From contig JAFUIP010000020.1 in assembly GCA_017468435.1 (NCBI GenBank), positions 157 through 64,156 of the forward strand: 64,000 bases of DNA. Reading direction: 5' to 3'. The notes beneath the pieces were generated by a model that saw nothing but the letters and a program-made list of their open reading frames with translations, was not told the DNA's origin and made no database searches. This DNA comes from Bacteroidales bacterium. Lineage in GTDB: Bacteria; Bacteroidota; Bacteroidia; Bacteroidales; UBA1402. This document shows, in pieces, positions 61,596 through 64,000 of the stretch (position 1 is the first letter of the stretch; each line of letters starts with the position of its first letter). Position numbers and translations under genes: made by a program.

Positions 61596-61750
61596 ATCGC
61601 TAAATATTAAAAATTATTGTTCTTCTCTACTGCCGAAAGGCCTTTCCGCAACAACATGCAGCTTCACGAAAAAACCTCTGCAACAAGCCACAAAATTAAT
61701 AATAAATAGCAAGTATCCGACCCAATTATCAATTATTTTTCAAATAATTT

Positions 61751-63994
61751 TCAAAGCGATTTCAGCAGGTATTTTGGCAACTTATTTTCGTCGGGAGAGC
61801 CATAAATGCCAAGGTCCAATTGCACGCGCTTGAGCGTCTCCAGATCGAACTGAAAAGGAGCACAGCCTTCGGGTAGAGGCATTTGAGAGAAAGTTTGAAA
61901 ATACTGCACACAGGCATCTCGCCACCAGATGGCATCCTTGGCCTGACGAATCAGCTTGTCATGCACCGCTTCGTATCGAGCCTTATCCACGTATTTTTCC
62001 ACAGATTCCCAGGTTTTCACGAAAGATGCCGCCTCTTCCATGCCTTCTTGATAGGTGTAGCAAAGTTCGTCCCAGAGGCTGTTTCCACTTTTCATGCGAT
62101 AATCCCAAGGCAGATGATGAAACCAAAGCAGGAGATTTTCCGGACAAGTCTGCGCATCGTTATACTGCGAAGCCAAAGGTTCATGATACTGAGCCACCGC
62201 CGCACTGCCCTTCGTCGTCCTATCGAAGCCGATGCCATCGGACGAAGCCTGATGATAGTAAGCGGGCATCCAATCGGGACGAGAAGCGCCTTCCCATGGG
62301 CCGGGGCCGTAATGTCCTTGATGTGAGAAAATATGATGCAGGCCCAAAGGCATTTCATACTTCACGCAAGTTTCGCGCGACATGAGCATCATCTTTTTGA
62401 CAGGTTCCAGGAATTGTTTCCTGCTATTGAAAGTTTGTCGCAGCCATTCATCGGCAAGTTGCTCGGAACTGAGCGAAGGATTCCAGGCCATGCGTCCGTA
62501 AGCGTACCAGTTGGCCTGCGCAAAATGATGTCCGCACCAGTTTCTGTCGTCGCCGATATTGCTCACTCCGGCAATGGCACTGAGCGATTTCGCCGACGAT
62601 ATTGCCTGTTCTTGCGCTGTTTCCCGACGCGGAAGGCCTTGCGTAACAGCCGCCACGGTAGAGCCCTCGCCGTCACGATAAGTATCCGACCAAAGAAATT
62701 CATGCCACATGGGATGCAGATACACCAAATGATTGGAAAAACCCAAATACTCCTGTGTAATCTGCACTTCGGCCATCGTCTGCGTGCGCCTTAATTGAGC
62801 AAACAAAGGATTGAATGGCTCGCGCGGCTGAAAATCCACCGGACCGTTTTTTATCTGAATAATCACATTATCGCGAAATTGCCCGTCCAAGGGAACAAAT
62901 TCTTCGCAGGCCTGCTTGGCCCTGTCAGCCGACTTGGCGTCGTACACGAAAGCCCGCCACATAACAATGCCGCCATAAGGAGCCAGCGCATCGGCCAACA
63001 TATTGGCACCATCGGCATGCGTGAGCCCATAATCTTGCGGACCCGATTGACCTTCGGAATTGGCCTTCACCAGAAAACCTCCGAAATCGGGAATAAGCGC
63101 GTAAATCTCCCCTATTTTGTCGTTCCACCAACGGATGACATCCTTATCGAGCGGATCGGATGTTTTCAATTTTCCCAAGTGCTTGGGCGAGGCAAAATTC
63201 AAAGACAAAAAGACCCTGATTCCATAGGGACGAAACAGATCGGCCAAGGCCTTCACTTTGTGTAAATAAGGTGTGCTGAGCATCACCGGATTGGCATTCA
63301 CATTGTTGAGCACGGTGCCGTTTATCCCGATAGATGCATTGGCTCGCGCATATTGCTTATACAAAGACGGAAGCGCCGTTGGAAGCGCGTCCCATTTCCA
63401 CAGCGAAGAGCCTGCATAACCACGCTCAACAGACCCATTCGGATTATCCCAATGATTCAAAAGTCTATACTGATAGGCCGGCGTTTCTGTCTTCGTAAAC
63501 GATGTCTTTCCCAACTGTCCGCAGGCCTGCATCCGAAGCAAATCATATACCGCATAGAGCGCGGCCACCGGAGTCCGGGCAGAGAGAATCACCGAGTCGG
63601 CACTATATTTAATATGGTATGACTGCGGCGAGGCATTCACCAGACTCTCCGGCAGGTATGAAGCTTCCTCTTCCACGAGCAGGCGCAAGGCTTGTTTCCC
63701 TTGCCAAAGCTTCAGTTCTTCCTGTATGATATCCAAAGTGGTCTGAGGCCGGGTTTCAGTTGGCGTCGCATTTGCATGGAGGCTTGCACTTGCGTTTGCA
63801 TGGACGCTTGTGCTTGCGTTTGCATGGAGGCTTGCATTTTCTATCGAATAAAACCACAGACGACTACCATCCGTATCGGCTGGCACAGACGAGGCTCCTC
63901 GGCGCAAAAGGCTCTCCGAGGCCAACATACACAAAGACACCAGGCCCACAACCAGCAGCGCACACAAAATCCAGAAAGACTTCTTTATTTTCAT
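61751..63994 (-). CDS. Alpha-glucuronidase (GH67)
   Basis: RLLNHWDN..GSVERGYAG, LNNVNA, GFLVKANSEGQ, WRAFVY, KNGPVDFQPREP, QANWYAYGR.AW. Confidence 0.95.
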   Translation of the reverse strand: MKIKKSFWILCALLVVGLVSLCMLASESLLRRGASSVPADTDGSRLWFYSIENASLHANASTSVHANASASLHANATPTETRPQTTLDIIQEELKLWQGKQALRLLVEEEASYLPESLVNASPQSYHIKYSADSVILSARTPVAALYAVYDLLRMQACGQLGKTSFTKTETPAYQYRLLNHWDNPNGSVERGYAGSSLWKWDALPTALPSLYKQYARANASIGINGTVLNNVNANPVMLSTPYLHKVKALADLFRPYGIRVFLSLNFASPKHLGKLKTSDPLDKDVIRWWNDKIGEIYALIPDFGGFLVKANSEGQSGPQDYGLTHADGANMLADALAPYGGIVMWRAFVYDAKSADRAKQACEEFVPLDGQFRDNVIIQIKNGPVDFQPREPFNPLFAQLRRTQTMAEVQITQEYLGFSNHLVYLHPMWHEFLWSDTYRDGEGSTVAAVTQGLPRRETAQEQAISSAKSLSAIAGVSNIGDDRNWCGHHFAQANWYAYGRMAWNPSLSSEQLADEWLRQTFNSRKQFLEPVKKMMLMSRETCVKYEMPLGLHHIFSHQGHYGPGPWEGASRPDWMPAYYHQASSDGIGFDRTTKGSAAVAQYHEPLASQYNDAQTCPENLLLWFHHLPWDYRMKSGNSLWDELCYTYQEGMEEAASFVKTWESVEKYVDKARYEAVHDKLIRQAKDAIWWRDACVQYFQTFSQMPLPEGCAPFQFDLETLKRVQLDLGIYGSPDENKLPKYLLKSL
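63771..63836. repeat. 24-bp tandem repeat (2.75 copies) in GH67 N-terminus
   Basis: TTTGCATGGAGGCTTGCACTTGCG / TTTGCATGGACGCTTGTGCTTGCG / TTTGCATGGAGGCTTGCA, encoding ASLHAN-ASTSVHAN-ASASLHAN. Confidence 0.9.
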
Positions 63995-64000
63995 TGTTTT

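Noticed and set aside
61596-61750. ZTP (pfl) riboswitch upstream of purH
   Set aside because: Conserved GACTGGCG and GCCTGGGC elements are not present.
63771-63836. Short repeats as a possible mini-CRISPR (also 50242-50311)
   Set aside because: Tandem, in-frame coding repeats without unique spacers.

Overview
Chromosomal window from a Bacteroidales-type bacterium, judged from repeated TAnnTTTG -7 promoter elements, gldH/PSP1/holB and purH-mreBCD synteny, and a T9SS-type CAZyme. Bases 1-~9040 are a visibly AT-rich type I-C CRISPR-Cas locus on the minus strand (cas3-cas5-cas8c[with probable internal cas11]-cas7-rhuM-cas4-cas1-cas2-leader-array; the array is cut by the window edge). A RhuM-family gene is embedded in the cas operon and its stop overlaps the cas4 start. 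An umuD/umuC-like pair is transcribed divergently from cas3. The rest is mostly higher-GC housekeeping DNA (lepA, aminotransferase, tRNA-Met, lptF/G, ribBA, aspS, carB, purF-like, tRNA-Pro, ilvDBNC, rlmH, miaA, gap, holB, mre/rodA, purH) with scattered pectin/xylan CAZymes. Best leads: (1) RhuM inside the I-C operon; (2) a carB + purF-like operon in which neither product appears to have its own glutaminase (no carA; PurF lacks the Cys1 nucleophile); (3) a complete Ile/Leu/Val leader-peptide attenuator, missed by the ORF track, upstream of ilvD; (4) a hidden Cas11 ORF; (5) a tandem-flavodoxin Fe-S reductase, an orphan TraO-like barrel and an EF-hand membrane protein of unknown function. All family calls come from motif recognition by eye; no database search was run.
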